From the human T2T-CHM13v2.0 reference genome, Homo sapiens, in NCBI RefSeq assembly GCF_009914755.1, contig NC_060941.1: a DNA stretch of 64,000 bases; one strand, written 5' to 3'. The translations under genes were made by a program, and so were the position numbers. Shown here one piece after another: positions 15,940 through 30,107 of this stretch; the stretch's first letter is position 1, and each line of letters begins with the position of its first letter. Under the pieces are notes generated by a model. It did not search any database. It saw nothing but the letters and a program-made list of their open reading frames with translations, and was not told the origin of the DNA.

Positions 15940-16115
15940 TTTGTACACACTTTCCTGATCTTAAGAATCCCTTGGACCTTTTATTGAAGCACAAATTCTC
16001 AGGGTCCACCCCAGACCTAGTGAATTAGCATCTCCAGGGTAGGGGCCTAGAAATCTATATATTTTAACAAAATCCCCAGGTTTTTGTTAAAAAACCTGAT
16101 GATGGGGCAGTTTTG
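15940..16115. mobile_element. MER5-family hAT fossil
   Basis: ccaccccagacctagtgaattagcatctcc...ggggcctagaaatct...ttttaacaa. Confidence 0.7.
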
Positions 16116-16649
16116 GAAAATACGATAAAGGAAACAGATATTTACCAGTGGTTGCCCATTAAGGAAATTCTAGACAGGCAGCTCTCAATTCAAGTATTGA
16201 CTGTATTCTAAAAGTTCATTTCCAGTTGTTTGGACCTTGGAATACATTTTCCTAATGAAACAAAGTTGAAAGTTGTCTGGGCCAGCTTTGAAAATCTATT
16301 AAATCTTGTTAACAGATCTGAAAATTTGTGAATACAGTCTTTAATTTTCAGACCAATCATATTTCGAAAGTTGAAGCATATATCCATAGAATGTATTTTC
16401 CCATTGACATAACATTCTGAAAAGTGGTTAGGGCACCAAATTGTATGCATTCCTTATTTACAGTGCTTTGTATACAAATTATACCCAATGATACTGAAAA
16501 ATAAAATCAAGTATGGCAAAGGAGATTTGTCTTCCTTCTCTGGGTACAGGGAACATAGGCAACCTTTGACATTCTTATGCTCTTTCTTTGCAACCATTTT
16601 CTGCCTTCCAGTGGCCTCAGCCCTTGTGCCAAAGACCCAAATGTTATCC

Positions 16650-17380
16650 ACTACTAAAGCATCCCTCCTCAGCTTACCTATCACTGCCTCATGCTTTACT
16701 CTTCCAAACTACCTATCTGTCCTCTTCAAACCCAATCAAAACTCTTATTTCCAGGAGTTGGTTCCATTTTGTCTTTTCAGCCATACCTCCCATTACTCTC
16801 TTTTACCTAATCAACAGAATCACCCTTTGGTTCCCAAAAATGCCTAAACTTTATCACCTCTGTGTCTTAGCACATGGTATTTCTGCATGCAATGTGTCTT
16901 ACCAAAAACCTATCCCATTCACCCCACGGCCAAGTCATGATGCCAACTCATCCATGAAGGCTTCTCAAGCCCACCAGAAGGGATTTCCTTCTCTGGGCTT
17001 TTACAGTATTATGTATGTGCAGTGTTTTGTATACCTCAATAAAACTGGAAAATAAAATAAAATATGGCCTCTTCTAAAACCTTGCCACAATATATCTTGA
17101 ATTACAGTTATTTGTGCAGGATTTTTTTATCTTTCCCATGAGGTTATAAATTTCTTGGGAATATTTGTTGGCTATCCACTATGTGACATGTTTGTGTTAG
17201 GCACTTTTATGTACATAACAACAACCCTACAAGGTAAGTGTATTGTATAATGATTTGGTTTATTCTGCTCAAAAATAAGTTACAGAAGGACTGGGACCTA
17301 TGTTGTGTTCACCACAAAAATGCTTTGCACATAGTATATGTTCAATAAACATTTGTAGAAACTATGAGTGAATGAATGAA
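16650..17380 (+). mobile_element. L2 3' fragments
   Basis: gcacatagtatatgttcaataaacatttg...tgaatgaatgaa. Confidence 0.5.
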
Positions 17381-17429
17381 GTTGCATTATTCACTTTCTA
17401 TGACAAGGTTGAGCCTCAATAAGAGTGCT

Positions 17430-17648
17430 TTCCCAATAGTCATACTAGCTGGGTTCAAATTCCAATTCTAGAACCTAATAGCTATGTAACCTTGAGCAAG
17501 TTGATTACCTTTCTGAACCTCAGTTTTCTCATCTGCTATATAGGGATTATAACAGTATCAACCTCACACACCTGTTGTAAGGAAAGCTCTTGACACTGAG
17601 CCTGGCACATGGTATGTGTGTGATGAATGTTAGCTGTGACTATTATTC
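17430..17648 (+). mobile_element. MIR
   Basis: ctgggttcaaattcc...aaccttgagcaagtt...cctcagttttctcatctg. Confidence 0.75.
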
Positions 17649-17672
17649 TTAAAAAAAAAAAAAAACCCACAT

Positions 17673-17818
17673 GGGGGGAGGGGAAGGGATAGCATTAGGA
17701 GATATACCTAACGTAAATGACGAGTTAATGTGTGCAGCACACCAACATGGCACATGTATACATATGTAACAAACCTGCACGTTGTGCACGTGTACCCTAG
17801 AACTTAAAGTATAATTTT
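17673..17818 (+). mobile_element. 5'-truncated L1PA (PA4/PA5-like) 3' end
   Basis: GGGATAGCATTAGGAGATATACCTAA...GTACCCTAGAACTTAAAGTATAAT; TSD AAAAAACCCACAT on both sides. Confidence 0.9.
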
Positions 17819-17839
17819 AAAAAACCCACATAAATGGGA

Positions 17840-18055
17840 ACCACTCAGACTGTGTCCTCTCCTCCTTACTCTCCCAGAGGAAGAGAAGAATGATTGTCAA
17901 TGGCAAATGGCAGGTGCAGCGAAGCAACACCAAGAGCCAGCTTCATGCTCCGGAGAGAACACTACATCTCCTTCTCATGGTTTCTGGTGCTCCACATGTC
18001 CAGAGAAACTTCTCTAGCAACTAACTATAGAAATGATCCCTGAAAGTATAGTCTT
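17840..18055 (-). pseudogene. U3: Full-length U3 snoRNA (SNORD3-like) retropseudogene
   Basis: Minus strand starts AAGACTATACTTTCAGGGATCATTTCTATAG (U3 5' end, boxes A'/A) and ends GTCTGAGTGGT (box D); 216 nt. Box C is degenerate (TGACAA for TGATGA). 16-bp TSD at 17635-17650 / 18056-18071 (14/16). Confidence 0.93.
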
Positions 18056-19090
18056 TATGACTGTTATTCTTAAGCTGCAGAGATAACGAACCTCTAAAGT
18101 CCTCATTCTGTCTGAGAAAAGGCATCCTCTGTTACTTCTATAACCCTCAGTATACCTAGCACTGTGCATTGCCTGTAATAGTGGTTCAAAAAACCACTTC
18201 ACTGAATGTCCTCAGTGAAGCCATCTTAACCAAAAGTTGGAAGGAAACCATTGAACAGGTCTAGTACACATGACTGAACAACCAAAAGTATCTTCACCCT
18301 CCAGGTGAATTTGTATTTTAAAAAAGGACGTTGAACCCAAATGAATCTCTAAGGGGTGAAACTGCAGGCATGTAATAAATTGAAAACAAACCTTCAAACC
18401 TTCTAGAGCAGATTATCTGGGGGTAGTGGGCTCCATGCTGGTCTATGGAGGAGCTAAGATGACTCTAGCCGCTCACTGGCCCAAGAACTGCTTGAAAAAC
18501 AAGAATATGTCTTATCTGACACTGTCTTGATCACCTGGCATAGTGCCTGACATAAACAAATAGCCAATACATATTTGTTAAGTAAATTATCTGCTTCCGG
18601 TCTATAATCCTCACCCGGCTTTTAGTTGATTCCATTTCTCTTTATTACCAACATAAAAATCAATCATGGTGACTGATGTTTTGAGAAGGAGGAAGTGAAT
18701 GGTTTACTCAAGCACCCTCACTTTGGAAAAGTAGTCTGACAAATACAAATGTTTTACTAAATAGTCACACAGAGTGTAGATAATCCTCTTCTAATGAAGG
18801 ATTCATCCTGTGTCAGTTCAGTGCAGCTCAAAGGGATAACATCTGAAAAATGGAAGTTGTTCCCAGTCAGTGATACCTCATCTAATGAAGGCCTTGAGAG
18901 TCAACTTCCTTAATTAAAAAAAAAATTTTAGAAAAATAATCACAAAATAAAACTCAAAGTACTGCTATATTTTACAAGGCTCAAAAATAATTTCATTTTC
19001 ATGTGTATGTATTTAAGCACAGAGTAAAACACTTCGGAAGACAGCTGTTTATTTGCACAGAAGTGACCCAAGGCCAGGCTGCACAATTAA

Positions 19091-19495
<405 letters not shown>

Positions 19496-19539
19496 TAAAT
19501 TACCCTTTTTAAAAAGTTTGCTCTTTCAACATGGAATGG

Positions 19540-21420
19540 AGGAGCAGAATAAACTGGAACAGGGAGAGACTGGAGGCAGAGAACCAGAAAGGAGAATTCT
19601 GCAGTGCTTGAGTACGACTTTATGAAGACTAAAGTTTAGCTAGTGACAAAGGGAAGAGAAAGAGGAGGACATTTAGAACGAAGAATCAACAGGCCTTGTT
19701 GATGGTTTGGGGAGTGAAGGGGGAGCAATCAGGAATGACTCCCAGGATTTTGCCTTGGGAGCCCAGGCCTAGAGAAAGCAGAAGTAGACTTCAGGGGTGA
19801 GCAGAATGTAAGATAATGAGTTCAGTTCCGGACATTCAAGCAGTTAGGATTCTTCTAGCCACAAATAACAGAAAACCTGACTGACAAGGGCCTAAACAAG
19901 TGGAAGTTAATTTTTCCCACAAAACAAAAGGTCTGAAGACAGGAGATTCTAGAGTTGTGCAGGGCCCAACGATGACATGAAGGAGCCAGGCTCTTCCCAT
20001 ATTTCTGCTCTAACACCTTAGAGCAGAGTAACGTCCTACTGCATTTCAGTGTATTACTATCTCCCAACTATAAGACTATCCTGTGAGAATCTATCAGAAG
20101 TCTTCTTACATTTATTTGGCCATAACAATATTTTATGTAAACTCTAGACCAAGCACTGGCAAAGCAGAATGGCTTATAGATCATGATTCTGTTGTCAAGG
20201 AAGAAGGGATGGTGGCTGCTGAGTAGGCATCCAGCAGGGTATGCCCAGCTTTGTGAAGTTTGAGGAACACCCAGAAGGAGGTATGCAATATGCTGTCTGG
20301 TGCCTTGGAGGGAGAACTGCAGCTGAGCTGTAGAATTGGGAGTCTCCCATGCACAGGGGAAGCTGTGGAGCTATGGACATGCATGTAACTGCCTCCTAAG
20401 GAGAACGTGGTGAGGAAAGAGAAAACCCTGAGGAACAAGAGCAAAGAGGGCAGGGTAGAAAAATGAGCTCAAGGGCCTAAAAAAGAGCATAAACACAAGG
20501 AAGAAGAAAACCAGGAGAATTCATGAGAATCAATGGAGAGTTTTTTACATTTATGAGAAAAAGGATGTGATCAGCAGTGTCAAATGCTACAGAAAGACCA
20601 AATAAGACAAAGACTTAACAGTAGCACCTGGCTGTGGCAATTGGAGACCTGGGTACATTGGAGAAAGTTGCTCAATAGGAGCAGAAGCTGGATTAAAGGG
20701 GACTGAATAGTGACTGGGAAGTGACTAGAGACCAGGAAGCCAGAAATAGCTACTCTAGGCTTCTATTTCAAGAAGTTTGCCTGCACAAAATAAAAAAAAA
20801 AATAGATGCAAAGACAGTAGCTAAAGAGGGAATCACTGTGTAGGACACAATGATTTTATTAATATTAGGAGAAATTTGAGTATATTTATATAATTATTGG
20901 AGAGACATAATGAAGAAGGAAAAGCTAAATTTAAGAAAGAGGAAGTCTCTACATCAAGAATGGAGTGAAGATAACAACTATGAGCCAATGCTTCAGTCCT
21001 CAAATACTGTGTGGGGGGACTCTGAACTCAAAAGATGAAAAAAGGACAGGGTACTGTAAAGCCACAAAGACAAACTTTAAAAGGGGAGAGGTCTGAAGCA
21101 AGATTGAATAGTGAAAGTCCAGAAGTAGCAGCAGGGAGCTTGAAGAATGCCAACAGCACTTTGGGAAAACGAGCAGATTCTATTTAAAAAGGCTGCAAGC
21201 AAAGAGGGTCCTGTGGGAGAACCATCCTTTAGGATGCAGAAAAGAGGTGGAGGATATTGTGGGGTTTGGTTATAACAGGACGTAGATTCTAGGGAACACA
21301 GGGGAAAGAGTTAGAAAAGAGGTCTTCAAGAAAGAGGAGAAATGGTAGAGACAAGGAAGTGCAAAGCTGAATAGGGATGCTGCCGGCCAAATGTAGAGGG
21401 CTGTCGATAGGTCTCAAAGA
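19540..21420 (-). mobile_element. L2 fragments (MLT1 inserted)
   Basis: ggaatgactcccaggattttgccttggga; gtgatcagcagtgtcaaatgctacagaaag. Confidence 0.6.
19842..20200 (-). mobile_element. MLT1 (J/K/L-like) LTR fragment
   Basis: cagttaggattcttctagccacaaataacagaaaacctgact. Confidence 0.55.
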
Positions 21421-21896
21421 TGGCTGGAATGCCTGGCATCCATGCTGTGATAGAACTCCAATACATGGTCAGTAGCCCTGTAACCTTTTGTCACAGTTCC
21501 AATTAGAATATTAGAGATATGTTATTAGAGGAGACACGTGAAGAGATGGATGCCTTGGTTCTGTCTCTCCTAACACTCAGTAAAAAGAAAGCATCCTTAT
21601 TTCTAGGAAAGAATATGTAGGGTTGGCTACTAAATAGTAAGTTTCCTAATAAAGAGGGTCTTTTGTTGTTCTCAGGTCTAGTCTAGGACCTAAAAATACA
21701 TTTATAACAGTTTTTCACCATGCATTTTACTCACATCATTGAACTCATGCAACATGCCAGCACCATGCTAGACCTTTTTTTTTTTTTTTTTTGGTGACTA
21801 TAAGACCATTCATGCCTTTAAGGAGCTTATGATCTCCAGAAATATGTATTCTAAGTTCTGAGAAACTGAATTTAAAATGAATCTGATGTGTGAAAA

Positions 21897-22062
21897 CCGT
21901 GCTTCTCAAATGTTAATGTGCATACTGTACAAATAAACTTAGGATCCTATTAAAATGAGATTATGATTAAGTAGGTCTCATTCAATGGAGCCTGAGAGTC
22001 TGCATTGCTAACAAGTTTCCAGGTTGCTGTTCCATGTTGATACTTGGAGTATCGAGGATCTA
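21897..22062. mobile_element. MER5A-like hAT fossil
   Basis: gtgcttctcaaatgttaatgtgcata...gcctgagagtctgcattgctaacaagtttccagg. Confidence 0.7.
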
Positions 22063-23621
22063 AAGACTAGCGAAAGCAATTTATTGTCTGATCTTTTCTT
22101 GTCTCCCCTATAAAGTCGTGATAATCTTTCTTCCTTTCCTTGCTAACCCTTCTATCCAGTGTCCATTTTTCTAATTAAAACAAGTTAGGGGATGGGGGCA
22201 GGAGCAGGGAAGGGAAGCTAGAAAACCTCATGAGGGGCTTTTTCTTCTAAGCAACTATTAGCTACATACACTGCTTTCATGAACATGTCAAACATCTATC
22301 TCATGTGATTAAATACTTCTGTGGAACCACTAATATTTCAAACAGGGCACCTAAATATTCAGTAGAAGAACAAGAGACTGAGAACAGCAATTAATTCTAG
22401 TTATGCCATATGGCAGCATAGAACACTGGCTGGAACCTGAAAACTCAATTTCACAAGAGTCTTACTTATTCTGAATTTTAACCATTTTAGGATCAGCAAA
22501 CATATGCCTACCAACCTGCTCCATTTATGCAAAATTCTGAAGCATAATCACACTGCACACTCAAAAATGATTGGTTTTTCCCAAATGGACTTAACATTTT
22601 TCTCCTACAAGATTCGCAAAATAAAGTAGCTGCTGAGAGCCCCAGTTTAATCTCCCTGTTAAATATAATCTTCACACAATTCTTTTAAAGAATAGTATCA
22701 CTTGCTTCCTTACCATTTTCATCATCAGCTCACAATATTGCATGAGTATAATTTTTTGTGGTCTTGGATTTCTCAGCTCTGTGTTGGTTCATGAACCCTC
22801 CTATCCCTGTGCACTCTCTTCCCTCCACCGTGCCTGTAACTGCTAAGACACCCATGCCACTATCTCTTCTCTCCATCTCACCTCTCCAGAATGGAAATAT
22901 TATCACTTTCAACATATACTTCATCTCCAGTCCTCTTAGAACTAAGATACCTTCATGTCTCCTGTACATTTAATAATTTCAAGATAAGGACAGAAAAATC
23001 AGTTCTTGCTTTGTGAACTTTTGTCTCTGGTGCTTGAGAGACTGTCCTAATATCCCCTGAACATGTTTTAGTGATAACATTTACTGCACTAGGGCCAAAA
23101 TGATTTTGTGCCACTTTCAATTCTAGTTCAATAAAAGAATAAGAGCTTTGTTTCTAACCTCTGTCATTTTTAATACCATAAAATGATTTTTAAATTATAA
23201 AATTGAGTTCCATTTCCTGCTGGACTACCAATCTCATATTAGCTTTCCTTTTATCAAATTTATGAGAAAAGTCAGAAATTACCTTTCCTTTTTTTAAAAA
23301 AAATCAAAATTTCAGGATATCCCAGGTAGAATGTTCGAATTGAATTTTAGCTCCTAATAATTGCTGGTTTAGAAGTTTTAAAGAAGTACAAAAGTTAGCT
23401 ACTTCCTGTTACTTATGTCAGAAATAACAAACTGGAGGATTATCCCCTAGTTCAGTATTACCCAAAAATAATAAGATTATTCCTAGAAAATTATCATCTT
23501 TAAAAACCATATCCCATATGGAGGCAGTCTATGATTTTCTGAAACCAGAGTGAATAAAATCCATGGTTCCTGAAATGCAAAGTCAAACCAATCAAATATT
23601 TTTTATAACATTATATTATGG

Positions 23622-24170
<549 letters not shown>

Positions 24171-26259
24171 TTAAAACCAATAATCTTTGAAAGATGCCAC
24201 TTCATTTTTTTGATGGCTTGGCTAGATAAAATTCTAAATTCTAAATCCTAATATTTAAACAAATTCTGCTACTTTGAGTAATTTCTCATATACCAGTTCT
24301 CTCATCAACAAAAGAACAAAGGCACTTGGTAAACGTGATAGAAGGTCTAAATTACCAAATTGTTTGGGCCTTGTGGTTATGGTAGAATTTACAAATGAGA
24401 GTCACTCACTAATATAACTTGGAGAAATAGCTAATTGGAGATTATGTGGCCATAAAGTTTTCTGTAAATTATAATGAGAACCTCAACAAGGCTCACAAAC
24501 TCAAGAGGGAGCTTTGAGTTTCAGCATTTAATTATAACATATCTTTTATAAACCACACTGTGATAAAAACTACCAGAAGCTGGACGATTTAAGAATGGCT
24601 CACTACAAGTGGGGATTTTGTAACAACAACAAGGCACCAGCATCAAATTGGAATTTTCTTGGCTTTGCCATGCTGTAGTACTACTGGTTTGTAAACTCTA
24701 TTAATTGTCTGACTACAGTAAGAGCTGCCACAGGGATAGCACCTCTTTTATGAGCTGTTTGTTCCCCTACACTATTTTTTTTTTCTTTCCTAAGATGGGC
24801 CCTGGAAGGGACACCCTTCGAAGCCCAAAGAATCAAAGCTACTGCAAAGCACTGCTGAGAGTTTTGAAAGAAATATGAAGAAACTACATCACGCCTGGGG
24901 CGATAGGCTGAGATCTTCCCAAACAGGTCAGCAGTTGGTCTCTAAAATATTCCTGTTGCCAAGGAGGCAATGACATCTTGTGTAAATCAAAAACTAAAAC
25001 CCTAAGATATCTCATTTCCATTTTAAATGCTTGGGGGCTAAATATGGATGTCTAGCACTCGAGAAGTTCCTGTGGGATTGATTTTTTTCCCATCTTCTCT
25101 GAGCCCTTTGCTGAGTGTGATAAGCAGGACTGCATTTCATTATCAACCCTGCTAGCACTGTACTTCAGGGAGACTAGAGGAGGCTACACACTAGGAGAGA
25201 AGATCCAGAATCCAAAGAAGAAATGATTCACATGGTGTGATTATAAAAACCCACTTTATGCTCAACTCATTTTCAACAGAATCATGAAATAAAATAAAAT
25301 CCCAAGAAATGAAATTTCCTGCATCACATTCCAAATTTTTTAAAAAGTCATGGGGGTACCATAAAAGAAATCAAATAGAAGTTTTAAGGTTTGGTTGGTA
25401 ATGTGTGCATTTTTGGAACATTTATTTAAAAAAATAATTCCAAACAACATTTTGGGTAAGCAACCTAAAAAGAAAACATAAGATTATCATTAGGGGAATC
25501 TTCAAGTGACTCAGTGTTACAGAAGTAACATCAGAACAAAGGGCTTGGCTCCTGACACTTGGCCCAGTGCTCTTGCATTTCCCTCCCCTCTGTTCCAGTT
25601 TCCCTGTAACACAGAAAGTGGATACAGGCTGGGTCCATATCAGAAACAAGAGAAAACATGCAAATTAGAGAAAACCATCATCAGTAAGGTCCCAAGCCAC
25701 AGGTTCCTGGAATCCACAAACAGATAAATACAGAGAGGCCTTTTTCATTGGCTTTCCTTAAACAGAGAAAATAGCATAGCTCTGGGACAAAAGGCTAGCT
25801 CCAGATCAAATGAGACTTAAAATCAAAGCCAAAGCAAATGGTGATAAAAATGAAGGCAGTAATTTCATACAGATGATCTTTTCACACAATGTATGAATTA
25901 AGTCCATCTACAGACAGTGAGGCTTCACGTATTAAAAAAAAAGGACACAGGATTTTCTGAAACCAAGACAAATCCATATTGAGTAGCTAATAGGAATGTG
26001 CCCAAGTGATAACGATGGCTAAAATTCTATCAGGAGTAAAGCAAATTTCAGTGACCTAACTATACAGTTAAAGAGTACGGCTCAGCTTATTATTCTAATG
26101 GGTTAGTCAGACTGTAAGGGTGCAAGTTCAGTTACCTGCCTGTGTTCTAGCTCACAATCCCAAACTCCTTTTCACTCTTGATTGAGGAGCTCAGTACTGG
26201 GAAGAATTATACATGATCTAGTTTTGCAAGTGATCTAAAAACTCTCTTAAAAATACATT

Positions 26260-26580
26260 GTCCTAGGTGCGGTGGCTCACGCCTGTAATCCCAGCACTTT
26301 GGGAGGCCAAGGTGGGTGGACTGCTTGAGGCCAGGAGTTCAAGATCAGCCTGGCCAACATGGTGAAACCCCGTCTTCACTAAAAATACAAAAATTAGCCA
26401 GGTATGGTGGTGCACGCCTGTAGTCCCAGCTACTCGGGTGGCTGAGGCACAAGAATTGCTTGAATTTGCGGAGGTTGCAGTGAGCCAAGATCATGCCACT
26501 GCACTCCAGTCTGGGTGACAGAATGAGACTCTGTCTCAAAAAAACAAAAAACTAACTAACTAACAACAACAACAACAACA
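26260..26580 (+). repeat. AluS
   Basis: Alu consensus, (CAA)n tail. Confidence 0.92.
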
Positions 26581-28024
26581 TCAAAAACATTTTTCTGAAC
26601 TTCAATCTAAAATCTTAAAGATATAAAATGAAAATATAAAAGGTATGGTTTATTCTGAACCACCAAGGACTATGGTCATTATTACATTAAAAAATGTTAT
26701 TTAAGAAAAATTGTTCTACTTCCAGATAGCCTCACATATGAAAGAATAAACAAAATAATCATTATGATAAAATTATAAGGAGAGTTATACATTTCAAAGC
26801 TATTTTGAAAGGACAGAGACTTGCCATAAAAAACACATAAGATGATCTTCCTTACCAGGTCTTAAAAGTTAAGCCAAGAGATCAACAGTAAGTAATATTC
26901 TATCTTTCTCACCTGTAGGGCATTCCAGATTAAAACAGCAATAAATACAACCTCTCATTCCTAGAGAAGTAGATTCACAAAACTCTTTAACTCAGTTGTG
27001 AAATCTCAACATTCATCCACTGAATAACAGAGAACTAAGCAAAAATTTGACTGATATAACTGATGAGTTGAGTAATAATGTTGAAGTTGTTGTGGGTTTG
27101 TTTTTTCTTCCTTTAAGGATGGGAGGGAGGGATAAGACTGAAAAAGGAAGAAATGAGTTATTAACCTTCCAGATGTGGTCAAATTATTGCTATGACTTTT
27201 GAGCCTTTTCAGAGCTATTTAAACTTAGACGGATCATTCAACTACCTCTTCCTTTTTTTTTTTTTTTTTTTCTGCATTGGCACTGAAGCTCCAGTACAAG
27301 TAGCAAAATTAAAAAACAGAAAAAGATGTTATGAGTAAATCTTGAAACTTGTGAATAACATAAATGTATTAATAGCACATTATACATTAGTTCTTTTGAT
27401 AAGCATACTTCATTTGAATGTGTTTTGTTTTGGGGATTTTTAAGCTCAATAATTAACATTTAAGAAAAGTAAAACTCTCTATATAATTAATGGTAATTAT
27501 ATTTACAGTATACTACTTCAAAACTCTTGCTCCCAAGAGTTTTATCAGGCTAACTCCTTGTCTTTCTTCCTATAATACAAAAATATCAGAATTATACATT
27601 CTTAAGCTAAATCTTGTTTTAAAGCTAAATCCACGTTAAGCTGAAAAGAAAACATGAAATTCCCAAAGAAAGTCAGAATTATTTTTATGAGATTTTACTA
27701 GTATATCATGTTTCACACAGAGCTATAGGTTAGCCACCCACAAATGAGACACGTTCAAGATATTCTTTCAGCCTGTAGTTTAAATGTCCTGAGTTTTGTG
27801 CCATAACCCTGTTACACAAAATGTATTTCTTTATTTCTTTCCATCTCAATATGATATAAATCTACTGGTCTCTTTTTGGAACTCCTTCAGCATTACTAAG
27901 TTTCACAGAAGGAAACAATACTCCAAGTTTGCTTCCATTGGCTCTGTCCTTCACTTCCAACAGGGAGCATAAATGACTACTTATCCAAGAAGGGCCATTG
28001 AGAGAGAAATTAAGCCATATCTCA

Positions 28025-28374
<350 letters not shown>

Positions 28375-29389
28375 TCAACGTATTCTTGCAGTCAGATGGC
28401 CTCCACTGAATCAAACATTTAAAAAATGCTCTACTGTTTCTCCCAATGCGTTAGAATGCCATCAAGTGTCTGAGCACAGATCACAACTGCTTCATTCCAG
28501 GTGTCTCACATCTGGTGCTAATCCTGCAGTGACCATCGTAATAAAGCAGGAAGTGCCTTTGCCTGGCTTTCATACTAGCCACTCTCCAAAGGGCTCAATG
28601 AAAACTTAGACTTGGAATGTGAAAGCTGTTTAGTTTTTAAGAAAAGCAATGAAAATCACAGCTTAGGACAACAAATACCACAATAGGGCTTCATTTCCTT
28701 GGAATCACAGAAATTGCTATCCGTTTTTATTTTGTGTTACATGGAAAATATTAGCCTTCATTGGTAACACTTTCAAACAAAAAGAAAAGAGTATGTAAAT
28801 ATAGATAGGATTTTATTTTTTGTTTCTAAGTCTAAAAAAAGATAGCTATTTTTTGTTTCTAAGTCTAAAAACAGAATAGCTAAAGTGATTTGTACTGAAA
28901 AACATGAGCACTTGGAGAACACCCAGGATTCTTGACACAATTGTCTTTTCCTGTGGTCATTCACTCTAGACAACAAAAAATAGCAAAAAGCACATTATAA
29001 TAGCTGTGATAGAGTCAGATGCTTCCATTTACAGCAAGTCCACAACCATGGCAAATACCAGTGAATGCCAAGCCAGCCATAAAAATAAGAGCTAAGCCCC
29101 TAAAGTTTACCAAGAATCACAGACAGTGCTACTTTTATTTCTCTCCACCCTTTTGTTTCTAGAGCAATACACGTTGAGGAAAGAATTAAAGGAAGCAAGG
29201 AAACAACAAAGAGACTAGGAAGTTGTAAAATATATATATATGTGTGTGTAAATATATAATTTACATTTATCTAGTAGTGGCTTTTCCAGATTATCTTGCT
29301 AGAGATTTATCTACCTTCCAAATAAGACTTGAAGTGCTAAATTATAGTTTTAGATAGGTTACCACCCCCCCAAATTTATCAAACTCCTA

Positions 29390-29717
<328 letters not shown>

Positions 29718-29761
29718 ATGACTAAAAAGAAACCCTTTTAAATGATCTTCATTAATTTTAA

Positions 29762-30107
<346 letters not shown>

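Noticed and set aside
16454-17055. Overlapping 119- and 155-aa ORFs
   Set aside because: Largely decayed L2; no recognisable domain or splice support.
17651-17840. Hairpin (CCCA...TGGG) plus T-run after U3, resembling a bacterial intrinsic terminator; also a possible U3-L1 chimera
   Set aside because: This is eukaryotic DNA and the stem is only 4-5 bp. The L1 is opposite-strand with its own TSD, so it is a later nested insertion.
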